Assembly: GCA_965225625.1 (NCBI GenBank)
Contig: CBDDBH010000026.1
Span: 3,561-67,560, forward strand
Direction of reading: 5' to 3'
Source: Gammaproteobacteria bacterium
Lineage (GTDB): Bacteria > Pseudomonadota > Gammaproteobacteria > JADZEE01
Length of the DNA stretch: 64,000 nucleotides
A model generated the notes under the pieces. It made no database searches. It had not been told where the DNA came from and saw only the letters and a program-made list of their open reading frames with translations. Position numbers and translations under genes: made by a program. This document shows, one piece after another, positions 9,017 to 18,387 of the stretch (positions are counted from its first letter, which is position 1; each line of letters starts with the position of its first letter).

Positions 9017-11935
9017 TTACTGACGATTGCCAGTCAGGGTCGCGAGATCTTCGTGCGCATCCGCATAGCCTTGCTGCGCCGCCAGAGTGTACCAATGTAT
9101 CGCTTGATCGGTGTCTTGCGGCACGCCTTTACCGGACCGATACATATATCCCAGCGAGTATTGCGCCGCGGCATGCCCCTGATTGGCGGCGAGTAGATAC
9201 CAGTTTGCCGCCTCTACGTGGTCCCGCGCGACGCCTCTGCCGGACCGATACATGAAGCCCAGATTGTATTGCGCGGCCGCGTAGCCTTGCTCGCCCGCCA
9301 GCCGGTACCACTTAATGGCCTCGCTTTCATCTGGGGCGACGCCCTCTCCCATTGCATAGGAAATACCGAGACTAAATTGAGCGAGTTTGTGGCCGGCATT
9401 AGCGGCTCGCCGATACCAGTTTGCCGCTTCGAAGTCGTCCTGCGCTACGCCATCGCCAAACGCGTACGCAACCGCCAAGTTGTATTGTGCATCTCGGTTA
9501 CCCTGTATGGCGGACACTTTATACCAACGCACGGCTTCTTCTGAGTTGCGCTCGACGCCCTCTCCGGCGTTGTATAAGTATCCCAGGTGCGCCTGCGCGT
9601 CCGCATCGCCGTTCTCTGCGAGCAATGTGAAAATCTCGAAGGCAGTCGAATAGTCCTCTTGCGCAAGCGCCACCTTGGCAACTTCGATATCCACTATCGG
9701 CGCCGCGACCTCTGCTGCTATGGGTTCTTCCACCTCATATGGTTCGGTAGACTCCTCGTTTATCGCAACCATTGGTTGCGCTTCCGAATAGCCGTCCGTC
9801 ACCACTGAGGCTTCGGCAACAGGCTGCGGCTGCGCAATCTCAACCGGCGCCTCAGGTTCTACTGCCGCGACCGGCTCGCGCGCCTCTTCGTTTTCTTCGG
9901 ATTCGGCGTCGTCGCCGAATATCCCGCCGACCAATCGTTTCAGGCTCCATTTACTTGCAGTTTTCCCTGTGGCTGCTGCAGCTTGAGTGCTCGCTGCTGC
10001 AGTTGCGGCAACCGGCGCAGTATCCGCGACCGCCGTCACGGCATCCTCGACAATTTCTTCGACCTCGCTGGAATCATCCACATAGACTTCGGTTTCATCG
10101 ACCGCCGCGTAGCTCTGTGGTGGTTCCGGTTCAGCCATGGGCTGTGCTTCGGCAACCGTGATCGTGGGCCGTTCGATGCCTGCTTCTGCGTAAATCTCCA
10201 CCAGCCGAGAATTAGCCTCGGCGTGTCCCTGGGCAGCTGCCCGGCGATACCAGGTCACCGCCCAACTGTCATCCGCCGCCACACCAATGCCGCGCTCATA
10301 CATTGTGGCGAGTTTGAACTGGGCCTGTGCGTCACCCGCTTGTGCCAGGCGGGTATATTCCTCTAACGCGCTGGCATGATCGCCTCGCCCGTACGCCGCA
10401 TTTGCGGACGCCAGCGCCGACGATTCGTCGGCGGCTGGCATTGTCTTCGCGGCGACCGGCTCGCTCGCAGCCTCAACCACCGCAGCAACCGGTGCGATGA
10501 CGACTTCGCTCTCAGCGACAACGTCGGCTACTACCGCGGCAGAAGCTGGCGCCTGCGGACTCGGATCGTTGCGACGCGCACGAGCCTCGCTCAGTGACTC
10601 ATACTCGCGTGCCGGCATATCCGCTGGAAAGGCTTGCGCCGATGGGCCGACCTCATCGTCATCGCGATCGAGGCTGCTGAGATTGCGCTGGGCACCCGAA
10701 TGTCCCTGTGCCGCCGACTGGGCATACCAATATCGCGCACGTTCGTCATCAGGAACCACGCCCTCGCCGAGCAGAAACATGTTAGCGAGATTGAATTGTG
10801 CTTCTGCGTCACCGTCACGAGCCGCCGCGGTATACAGCGACGCAGCAATTGACAGGTTTTGTTCAACCCCCTGCCCTGTTTGATACAACGTGCCCAGCAG
10901 AGACTGCGCTTCACTGTTGCCCGCGCGAGCGATGGGTGTAAGTTGCCGTACCGCATCGGTGTAATTGCCTTCGATCAAAGCCGTTTTAGCCGCCTCTAGA
11001 TCACCGCCAGCGCGGCGCGGTGCAGTTTTTCCAAACGGGAAATCATCCTCATCAGCACCGTCGTTGTCAGCGTGAGCCGGCGAAGTTTGGGCTTCGCCAA
11101 TTTCAGCTTCCCGGGCTGCGGTATCGGAGACTATCGGCTCGGCTGGCGCATCGCGCTTGAACAGTTTACCGAACCAACCGCTAACCCCGCCGGGCTGCGC
11201 CGCAGCTTCCGCCGTGTCGCTCGCATCGGCGATCGCCTCAGTCGATTGGGGTTCCACGCTTTGCGCTATCTGCGCATCGCCCTCATCAACGACCGCTGCA
11301 GTGTCGATCGGTGCAACCTCATCTTGCGGCGCAGATTCGGCTTCTTCCACAGCACTGTATTCGACTTCAATGCCGTGACTTTTGGCAGCCTCGATCGCGG
11401 CCTGCTCGTCAGAAGGTGCTTGCGGGCCGGCTTCAGAGTCAATTTGCTGCCAGTCTTGGGGCGTCTGGACCTCAACTGTAGTGTTCCTTTCGGCCACCGT
11501 TTGCGACCAATCCGGTGGCGTCAATCCATTCTCGGAATATATTCGCGTGAGATCCTGTTGCGCTTGTGGATGCCCCTGTTGTGCCGCTTTGCGGTACCAA
11601 TTGATTGCCCAAACGTCGTCTTTGAACACACCTTCGCCGGTCAGGTGCATTGTTCCCAGCGCGTATTGAGCGTCCGCGTGACCCTGGTCTGCGGACTGAC
11701 GAAACCACTGCACCGCAGTTTCGGCATTACGATCCACGCCGGTACCCTCACGATAGAGTTTGCCAAGTTGGAACTGCGCTTCGGCGTCTCCGGCCTCTGC
11801 GAGTTCCACGAATTGGCGAACCGCGAGTTCGTAATCACCCCACGCGACAGCTTGTTGCGCGGACTCCAGATCGGCTGATGCCGACCATGCAACGGATAGC
11901 AGTAGCATGGCTAATGCAGTCAGACGTAGCTTCAT
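9017..11935 (-). CDS. Large exported Sel1-like repeat protein with acidic low-complexity linkers
   Basis: ATG 11935 (MKLRLTALAMLLLSVAWSASA signal peptide) after G/A-rich RBS; repeated AQFxLGxxYxxGxGVxxDxxxAxxWYxxAAxQG units in four clusters. Confidence 0.9.
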   Translation of the reverse strand: MKLRLTALAMLLLSVAWSASADLESAQQAVAWGDYELAVRQFVELAEAGDAEAQFQLGKLYREGTGVDRNAETAVQWFRQSADQGHADAQYALGTMHLTGEGVFKDDVWAINWYRKAAQQGHPQAQQDLTRIYSENGLTPPDWSQTVAERNTTVEVQTPQDWQQIDSEAGPQAPSDEQAAIEAAKSHGIEVEYSAVEEAESAPQDEVAPIDTAAVVDEGDAQIAQSVEPQSTEAIADASDTAEAAAQPGGVSGWFGKLFKRDAPAEPIVSDTAAREAEIGEAQTSPAHADNDGADEDDFPFGKTAPRRAGGDLEAAKTALIEGNYTDAVRQLTPIARAGNSEAQSLLGTLYQTGQGVEQNLSIAASLYTAAARDGDAEAQFNLANMFLLGEGVVPDDERARYWYAQSAAQGHSGAQRNLSSLDRDDDEVGPSAQAFPADMPAREYESLSEARARRNDPSPQAPASAAVVADVVAESEVVIAPVAAVVEAASEPVAAKTMPAADESSALASANAAYGRGDHASALEEYTRLAQAGDAQAQFKLATMYERGIGVAADDSWAVTWYRRAAAQGHAEANSRLVEIYAEAGIERPTITVAEAQPMAEPEPPQSYAAVDETEVYVDDSSEVEEIVEDAVTAVADTAPVAATAAASTQAAAATGKTASKWSLKRLVGGIFGDDAESEENEEAREPVAAVEPEAPVEIAQPQPVAEASVVTDGYSEAQPMVAINEESTEPYEVEEPIAAEVAAPIVDIEVAKVALAQEDYSTAFEIFTLLAENGDADAQAHLGYLYNAGEGVERNSEEAVRWYKVSAIQGNRDAQYNLAVAYAFGDGVAQDDFEAANWYRRAANAGHKLAQFSLGISYAMGEGVAPDESEAIKWYRLAGEQGYAAAQYNLGFMYRSGRGVARDHVEAANWYLLAANQGHAAAQYSLGYMYRSGKGVPQDTDQAIHWYTLAAQQGYADAHEDLATLTGNRQ

Positions 11936-12079
11936 GGTTGTCCCCCTCACACGAACGGACGGTACGAGCGTCACACCCTATATATAGAGTGTCATCGAAC
12001 GCATTATAGCAACATCTTGGATATTGCTGCGTAACTCGAGATTTTCAGCGGCACCCGACTCGCGGCAGGACCGGGCTGT

Positions 12080-12108
12080 TTGACAAGCACTGGTGCGCAG
12101 CTTATTTT
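12080..12108 (+). promoter_or_regulatory. Putative sigma70 promoter of the ArsR-SRPBCC operon
   Basis: TTGACA (12080-12085), 17-bp spacer, TATTTT (12103-12108). Confidence 0.6.
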
Positions 12109-12117
12109 ATGATTCTT

Positions 12118-12139
12118 TATTTAACAATATAGTTAAATA
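12118..12139. promoter_or_regulatory. Palindromic operator, probably for the adjacent ArsR-family repressor
   Basis: TATTTAAC-N6-GTTAAATA perfect 8-bp inverted repeat ending 3 bp before the ATG. Confidence 0.8.
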
Positions 12140-12142
12140 TCG

Positions 12143-12490
12143 ATGGACGCAGTACTGGATGACACATTCTCCGCGCTCGCAGATCCGACCCGCCGAGCCA
12201 TTTTGCAACGCCTGACCCGCGGACCTGCATCCGTGGGCGAACTCGCGGCACCGTTCGACATTTCCCTTCCGGCGATATCACGCCATCTGAAAGTTCTGGA
12301 GCGTGCGGCGCTGATCATTCGCCATAAAGACGCCCAGCGACGACGCATCGAACTCAATCCCAAGTCGCTGCAGGCTGCAACTGAATGGTTGGGCGAGTAC
12401 CGGACGTATTGGGAAGAAAGCCTCGACCGTCTCGCCGACTACCTGGAACTCGAGGAGGACCACGATGGCCACACGCACGCAAAGCGGTGA
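12143..12490 (+). CDS. ArsR/SmtB family transcriptional regulator
   Basis: FSALADPTRRAIL...SVGELAAPFDISLPAISRHLKVLERA wHTH. Confidence 0.95.
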   Translation: MDAVLDDTFSALADPTRRAILQRLTRGPASVGELAAPFDISLPAISRHLKVLERAALIIRHKDAQRRRIELNPKSLQAATEWLGEYRTYWEESLDRLADYLELEEDHDGHTHAKR

Positions 12491-12941
12491 CAGTGCCGTG
12501 AATACAGAGTGTGTGCTTGAACTGCGGCGCAGGTTTAATGCACCAGCGTCGGCCGTATTTCGCGCATGGACCAACCCCGAGGTGATGGCCCGTTGGTGGG
12601 GACCACGCAACTTCACGGCGCGGATCGTGGAACTCGACGTGCGCGACGGCGGCCGTTGGCGTATCTGTATGATTTCGCCTGAGGGAGTTGAACACTGGGC
12701 AAGCGGGCGCTACCGGGAGATATTGGACGACTATCGGCTCAAGTTTACCTGGGCATGGGAAACCGACGGCGTGCGCGGACATGAAACCCTCGTTACGATT
12801 GAATTAACCCCATGTCCCGACGGCACCGAGCTGACGCTCACTCACCAGGTATTTGAATCGCTAGATTCACGCGACGCGCATGGCGAAGGTTGGTCAAGCT
12901 GTTTCGATTCGTTGGCGGATTCATTAGCAGTCGCCGCATAA
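12465..12941 (+). CDS. SRPBCC/AHSA1 (CalC-like) ligand-binding protein
   Basis: VFRAWTNPEVMARWWGP...HGEGWSSCFDSL; overlaps the ArsR gene, a common pairing. Confidence 0.9.
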   Translation: MATRTQSGDSAVNTECVLELRRRFNAPASAVFRAWTNPEVMARWWGPRNFTARIVELDVRDGGRWRICMISPEGVEHWASGRYREILDDYRLKFTWAWETDGVRGHETLVTIELTPCPDGTELTLTHQVFESLDSRDAHGEGWSSCFDSLADSLAVAA

Positions 12942-12959
12942 GCGATGTTTGTTTCCGCG

Positions 12960-13790
12960 TTAATCGCCCGGTTTAACGAATCGAAGGGTCATGCGATCAC
13001 TCTCGCCAATCGCAACGTAAACATCACGATCCTGCTCGCCCAACCGTAGGCTCGGCGGTAAAGTCCAGACACCCTCAGGGTGATCGGTCACGTCCTTTGG
13101 ATTAGCGTTGACCTCGGATTTTCCGTCAAACTTAAATCCGGCGTTTTCGGCGTAAGCAATTACCTGTGCCTCGGTGACGTAGCCCGTTTTTTTCATTGCC
13201 TCCAGCGCTGTCCCTGGTCTCGCACGATGCTCGACTACGCCCAGTACACCGCCGGGCTTCAAGGCACGAAACATCGCGACAAACAATTCCTGCGCATAGT
13301 CGCCATTCATCCAGTTGTGTACGTTGCGAAACGTCAACACCAAATCAGCGCTGTCGGGCGGCGCAATCTCGGTGCGCTCGGGCACGGACAATTCCGTAAC
13401 GATGACCTGCTCGTATACGTCGGGGCGGGCCGCGAGTTTCTCTTGAAACTGCCGTTGCATGTTCTTGCGCCATTTCGGCGGCCGCTTCGCCGAAAGCGCA
13501 AAGCCGGCCGCGTAGAATTTGCCGTTAGCGCGTAGCACGGGTGCCAGGATCTCCGAATACCAGCCCGATCCAGGCCAGATCTCGACAACGCTCATCGACG
13601 GCTCAAGCCCAAAGAACTGTAACGTTTCCAGCGGGTGGCGATGTCGGTTTCGCACCCAGTTCCCATCTGCGCGGTGATCGCCCGTCAAGGCTGCCCCGAC
13701 CAGGGTCTCTAACTCATCGGCAAATGCCAAACTGGGACCGACGAGAAAAATTAGCGCGAGGCAGATTCGTTGTTGCAGGCGTCGTGACAT
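12960..13790 (-). CDS. Exported class I SAM-dependent methyltransferase
   Basis: Signal peptide; RHPLETLQFFG, VVEIWPGSGWY, DLVLTFRNVHNW, IGESDRMTLRF. Confidence 0.88.
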   Translation of the reverse strand: MSRRLQQRICLALIFLVGPSLAFADELETLVGAALTGDHRADGNWVRNRHRHPLETLQFFGLEPSMSVVEIWPGSGWYSEILAPVLRANGKFYAAGFALSAKRPPKWRKNMQRQFQEKLAARPDVYEQVIVTELSVPERTEIAPPDSADLVLTFRNVHNWMNGDYAQELFVAMFRALKPGGVLGVVEHRARPGTALEAMKKTGYVTEAQVIAYAENAGFKFDGKSEVNANPKDVTDHPEGVWTLPPSLRLGEQDRDVYVAIGESDRMTLRFVKPGD

Positions 13791-13964
13791 CGGTTAGCTC
13801 CTTTTGACCGATAGCTTACCCCAGGACAAATAGTTCACGTGAGCGTTGGTGTGCTGCCGCGGACTATTTATACCAGCACCGCCATCGCATTGCGCGGTGC
13901 GCTGGTGCAATATGCCGGTTACGATCGCTTTCATTCGATAATTCGACCCAATAGATCCACTAAC

Positions 13965-14246
13965 ATGAGCATAGATAAATCTCTCAACAAAACACTGCGC
14001 GGCCGAGCCCACGACCTGCAACCGGTGGTGCGCATCGGCCAGGGGGGACTGACTGAAAATGTCTTGCTCGAGATCGAACGCGCGCTTGGGGATCACGAAT
14101 TAATAAAGATCAGTGTAAAACTCGCAGATAAAGCGGCGCGCGATGCAGCCTTAGACACAATTTGCAAAGAATCCGGGGCCGACCGCGTCGATCGCATCGG
14201 TAACATAGCAGTGCTATATCGCCCCAGGCCGGAACAAAAGTCGTGA
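13965..14246 (+). CDS. yhbY: RNA-binding protein YhbY (CRM domain)
   Basis: ATG 13965; LRGRAHDLQPVVRIGQGGLT...HELIKI...IGNIAVLYR. Confidence 0.92.
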   Translation: MSIDKSLNKTLRGRAHDLQPVVRIGQGGLTENVLLEIERALGDHELIKISVKLADKAARDAALDTICKESGADRVDRIGNIAVLYRPRPEQKS

Positions 14247-14305
14247 AACTCAGCGCACCCGGCATGTTCTAAATTTAAAATCGTACTATTGCAGGTTTGT
14301 ACACT

Positions 14306-14758
14306 ATGCGGTGCATTTTGATTCTGACGAGCGTTCTCTCGCTCAGTGCGTGCAACAAAGCCACGCTGCGAAATGATTTGGAGCCCTATATTGATCCGGA
14401 TGTGATCCAGCGAATGCAAGTTACCGAGATCGTCGGCGCCAAGGATAGCCTCGAGGGGCGCATGATCGAAATCTCCGGCCTGGTTACTCATCTAGGCGCT
14501 ACCGGTTTGCGCTGGTGGGGCTTTCGCCTTGGCGATGCAAACGACGATATCCTGTGTTATGAAGTTCGCTGGCACTATGGCCAACGTGGACTGTTGCACC
14601 AGTTATTGCGTCACGCTGCCAGCGAGAAGCGCCCGGTCCGAGTTGCTGGTCGCCTCCACCCTGGTCTGCGGGTCGAACTTGATTGGGTAGAATTCGACGG
14701 CATCAAATACGACACCGATGCGCCGGGTTCGAATGTGAACGGCCCGCTTAGATTTTAG
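14306..14758 (+). CDS. Hypothetical lipoprotein, possible OB-fold
   Basis: Lipobox LSLSAC; GRMIEISGLV...VRVAGRL strand pattern. Confidence 0.6.
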   Translation: MRCILILTSVLSLSACNKATLRNDLEPYIDPDVIQRMQVTEIVGAKDSLEGRMIEISGLVTHLGATGLRWWGFRLGDANDDILCYEVRWHYGQRGLLHQLLRHAASEKRPVRVAGRLHPGLRVELDWVEFDGIKYDTDAPGSNVNGPLRF

Positions 14759-14776
14759 CCGGCATATGATCAAATC

Positions 14777-15349
14777 ATGATTAAGCCGCGAGCTGGCGAC
14801 GCACTCATTGTCGTTGATGTACAGAACGATTTCCTGCCGGGCGGCACGCTAGGGGTTGCGGGTGCCGATGAAATCATCGCGCGTTTGAATGTCTGCATCG
14901 CCGAGTTTGTGCGCGCGGGTTTGCCGGTTGTCGCAACGCGCTGTTGGCATCCTCCTGCTCACTGCTCGTTCCAAGCACAAGGGGGAACATGGCCCGTGCA
15001 TTGCGTGCAGAACACACCCGGCGCGGCATTCGCTGCCGGCCTGGCGCTACCCACTGAAGCCATCATTGTGTCCAAGGCGACAACTGCCGACACGGACGCC
15101 TATTCCGGGTTTCAAGATACCGATCTGGCAAACATGCTTCGACGCTTAGGCGTGCGGCGTGTATTCGTCGGTGGCCTGGCAACAGATTACTGCGTGTTGA
15201 ATACGGTAAAAGACAGCCTGCAGGAGGAATTTGCAGCACTATTGATCGAGGACACGGTACGGGCCGTCAACGTAAGGCAAGGTGACGGCGAACGCGCTAT
15301 CGGCGAGATGCGTGCGTTGGGTGTGGGTACTGTTCAAGCGGGCAAATGA
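14777..15349 (+). CDS. pncA: Nicotinamidase/pyrazinamidase (isochorismatase family)
   Basis: VVDVQNDF, WHPPAHCSF, WPVHCVQ, AYSGF, GLATDYCV. Confidence 0.92.
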   Translation: MIKPRAGDALIVVDVQNDFLPGGTLGVAGADEIIARLNVCIAEFVRAGLPVVATRCWHPPAHCSFQAQGGTWPVHCVQNTPGAAFAAGLALPTEAIIVSKATTADTDAYSGFQDTDLANMLRRLGVRRVFVGGLATDYCVLNTVKDSLQEEFAALLIEDTVRAVNVRQGDGERAIGEMRALGVGTVQAGK

Positions 15350-15352
15350 ATC

Positions 15353-16504
15353 ATGCGGTTTAAGTGGTTTGTAGTCATTGCCAGCGTCGGCGGCGCCGGC
15401 CTAGGCCTGTGGACGCTTACCCGGCCTGAGCCGGTCTCGGTGACGCTGTATTCAGTGAGTTCCGGCAATGTTGAGGCCACGGTCGCCAATACACGTGTCG
15501 GAACCGTCAAAGCATGTCGCCGCTCGCGTGTTGCGCCGGCCACAGGCGGTCAGGTCACTCGAGTAGCTGCCCGCGAAGGCAGCAAAGTAAAGGCGGGCGA
15601 TCTGCTGTTGGAAGTATGGAACGAAGATCTGAAGGCTGAAATACGCCTGGCCAGCAGCGAGGCAATCGCCGCACAAGCACGGCTCGTGCAAGCCTGTGCC
15701 CAAGCTGACGGCGCTGAGCGCGAAGCGCAGCGGCTGCGGCAGCTGAAGGATCGTAAACTCGTTTCCGAAGAAAATGTCGATGTCGCGATCACCGACTCCG
15801 ATGCTAAACGCGCCGGCTGTAATGCCGCACGCGCTTCCGTCGAGGTGAGCACAGCACGGGTGGCAGTGGTCAACGCAGCGCTGGAGAAAACGCGGGTGCG
15901 TGCACCGTTCGCCGGCATTGTCGCGGAATTGAATGCGGAACTGGGTGAGTACGTCACACCGTCGCCGCCTGGTATAGCCACGCTGCCGGCGCTGGACCTG
16001 GTTGAGAGCGGTTGCCTGTACATATCGGCACCCATCGACGAAGTCGACGCACCCGCCATCCAACCCGGCATGTCGGTGTGTGTCACCTTGGATGCATTCC
16101 CGGACAAACGTTGTAGCGGATATGTGCGGCGTATTGCGCCCTATGTATTGGATCTGGAAAAACAAGCCCGCACCGTCGAAGTCGAAGTTGAGTTGAACGA
16201 CCAGCAGGAATTGAGCGGTTTGTTACCGGGCTACAGCGCCGATATCGAGATTACACTGGCCGTGCGCGACAATGTTCTGCGGGTACCGACCGAAGCCGTG
16301 CTAGAAGGCAACCAGGTTCTGATTTTAGATCCACAGACCAGGCGTTTGCTGGCACGCAGCTTTCAACCCGGCATCAGCAACTGGAAGTTCACGGAGATCG
16401 AATCAGGCCTACAAGCTGGTGAGCAGATTGTAGTTTCGGTGGGGCGTGAAGGTGTTACTGCGGGTGCTATTGCGAAATCCGATGCGGGCGCCGCGGCACC
16501 GTGA
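15353..16504 (+). CDS. Periplasmic adaptor (MacA-like membrane fusion protein)
   Basis: N-terminal anchor, lipoyl half-motifs EGSKVKAGDLL and RAPFAGIV, coiled-coil hairpin. Confidence 0.9.
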   Translation: MRFKWFVVIASVGGAGLGLWTLTRPEPVSVTLYSVSSGNVEATVANTRVGTVKACRRSRVAPATGGQVTRVAAREGSKVKAGDLLLEVWNEDLKAEIRLASSEAIAAQARLVQACAQADGAEREAQRLRQLKDRKLVSEENVDVAITDSDAKRAGCNAARASVEVSTARVAVVNAALEKTRVRAPFAGIVAELNAELGEYVTPSPPGIATLPALDLVESGCLYISAPIDEVDAPAIQPGMSVCVTLDAFPDKRCSGYVRRIAPYVLDLEKQARTVEVEVELNDQQELSGLLPGYSADIEITLAVRDNVLRVPTEAVLEGNQVLILDPQTRRLLARSFQPGISNWKFTEIESGLQAGEQIVVSVGREGVTAGAIAKSDAGAAAP

Positions 16505-17175
16505 TACAGCTAGATTCCGTTTCGCGCACCTTTCGATTGGGTGGCGAAGACGTCCACGCACTCGCTAAGGTCGACATCAGCATCGATGCGGGCGAATACG
16601 TTTCTGTCATGGGGCCATCGGGCTCGGGTAAGTCAACCTTGCTTAACATGGTTGCGCTGCTGGATCAGCCCGACTCGGGCAAGATACTGATTGACAACAT
16701 CGACGTAAACAAGCTGGCTGATGATGATGTGGCGAAGCTGCGCGGCGAGAAGATAGGTTTTGTCTTTCAGTTCTTTCATTTAATCAATCGCCTTACCGCA
16801 GCACAGAACATCGAGATCCCGTTAGTGCTGGCTGGCATCGCGCCGGCCAAACGCGAAGCACGCGTCATGGACGCGATTCACGCCTACGGTTTAAGCGATC
16901 GCGCCGGGCATCGTCCGGATCAGCTCTCCGGTGGCCAACGCCAACGTGTCGCTGTCGCGCGGGCCACCATCATGCAACCGGCCATCCTGCTAGCGGACGA
17001 ACCAACCGGCAATCTCGATCAAGCCTCTGGACGGCAGATCGTGGAATTGCTGGAAGACTTGAACCATCAGGGCATGACTTTGTTGGTCGTCACTCATGAT
17101 TTGGCACTCGGCGCTCGGGCCCGGCGCTGTGTGCACATGGTAGATGGACGCATCGCGCAGGATCGGTCGGCATAG
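16501..17175 (+). CDS. ABC transporter ATP-binding protein (MacB/LolD type)
   Basis: Walker A GPSGSGKS, LSGGQRQR, LLADEPTGNLD. Confidence 0.95.
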   Translation: MIQLDSVSRTFRLGGEDVHALAKVDISIDAGEYVSVMGPSGSGKSTLLNMVALLDQPDSGKILIDNIDVNKLADDDVAKLRGEKIGFVFQFFHLINRLTAAQNIEIPLVLAGIAPAKREARVMDAIHAYGLSDRAGHRPDQLSGGQRQRVAVARATIMQPAILLADEPTGNLDQASGRQIVELLEDLNHQGMTLLVVTHDLALGARARRCVHMVDGRIAQDRSA

Positions 17176-17177
17176 AA

Positions 17178-18383
17178 ATGTACGCTGGCGACGACGTACG
17201 CTTTGCGCTTCGCGCTATCATTGGTTACCGCCTGCGCACCGCGCTGATTTTGGTCGCTATGGCCATTGGTGTGGCCTCGGTGATCGTGTTGAGTGCCTTG
17301 GGCGACGGCGCGAGACGCTATGTCACCGGCGAATTCAAGTCGCTTGGAACCAATCTGCTTATTGTGTTGCCTGGCCGCTCCGAAACCACCGGCGGTGCAC
17401 CACCGCTGCTGGGGGAAACACCTCGCGATCTCACTATCGACGATGCACTAGCATTACAGCGCGCTCGGAGCATCGGTCAGATTGCACCGATCGTCATAGG
17501 TTCTGCACCAGTTTCCTGGCAGGGGGCGGAGCGCGAGGTCACAATACTCGGCACCACAGCGGCAATGCGCCGTATCCGTCACCTCAAGTTGTCGCAAGGA
17601 CGATTTTTACCCGCAGGTGATCCACACAAAGCGCAACCCGTGGCGGTAATGGGCTATAAGCTCAAACAGGAATTGTTCGCTAATCGCTCAGCACTTGGGC
17701 AGTGGTTACGGGTTGGGGATCGCCGCTATCGCGTCATCGGGGTTCTCGAGCAAGGTGGCGTATCCATCGGACTGGATTTCGATGACATGGTTCTCATACC
17801 AGTTGCCTCTGCGCACACCCTGTTTGACTCACCGTCTTTATTCCGCATTTTCGCCGAAGCCAAAACCGCCGACGCTATGGACCATGCGGCGGATGCAATT
17901 CGGAGCATCATTCAACAACGGCACGAAGGAGAAGATGACGTCACAATAATCAGCCAAGACAACGTCATCGCGACCTTTGACCGAGTTTTAAGCGGACTGA
18001 CCTATGGCGTTGCCGGGATCGCAGCCATCAGTCTGGCAGTAGCCGGGATCCTGATCATGAACATCATGCTTGTCGCCGTCGCACAGCGCACCAGTGAGAT
18101 CGGTTTGCTAAAAGCACTTGGTGCATCGGCACACACAGTTCGACGTCTGTTCGTTGTTGAAGCAATGCTGTTGTCCGTCCTTGGTGCTGTCGTCGGGGTG
18201 GCACTTGGGGTTGGGGGCACGCTGCTTGTCGCACGGCTGTATCCCAGTATCCCGATAGCTCCGCCCTGGTGGTCGGTCGCGGCGGCATTTTTCGTCGCCT
18301 TAACAACTGGGCTCGTATTTGGGGTAGCACCTGCCATACGTGCCGCGAAACTCAATCCGGTTGTTGCGCTCAGCCGCAGGTGA
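17178..18383 (+). CDS. ABC transporter permease (MacB/FtsX type)
   Basis: AIGVASV, large periplasmic domain, RTSEIGLLKALGA, PAIRAAKLNPVVAL. Confidence 0.93.
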   Translation: MYAGDDVRFALRAIIGYRLRTALILVAMAIGVASVIVLSALGDGARRYVTGEFKSLGTNLLIVLPGRSETTGGAPPLLGETPRDLTIDDALALQRARSIGQIAPIVIGSAPVSWQGAEREVTILGTTAAMRRIRHLKLSQGRFLPAGDPHKAQPVAVMGYKLKQELFANRSALGQWLRVGDRRYRVIGVLEQGGVSIGLDFDDMVLIPVASAHTLFDSPSLFRIFAEAKTADAMDHAADAIRSIIQQRHEGEDDVTIISQDNVIATFDRVLSGLTYGVAGIAAISLAVAGILIMNIMLVAVAQRTSEIGLLKALGASAHTVRRLFVVEAMLLSVLGAVVGVALGVGGTLLVARLYPSIPIAPPWWSVAAAFFVALTTGLVFGVAPAIRAAKLNPVVALSRR

Positions 18384-18387
18384 CAAA

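Noticed and set aside
8164-11935. Pel/alginate-like exopolysaccharide system (degenerate GGDEF plus repeat scaffold)
   Set aside because: No glycosyltransferase, deacetylase or export porin lies nearby.
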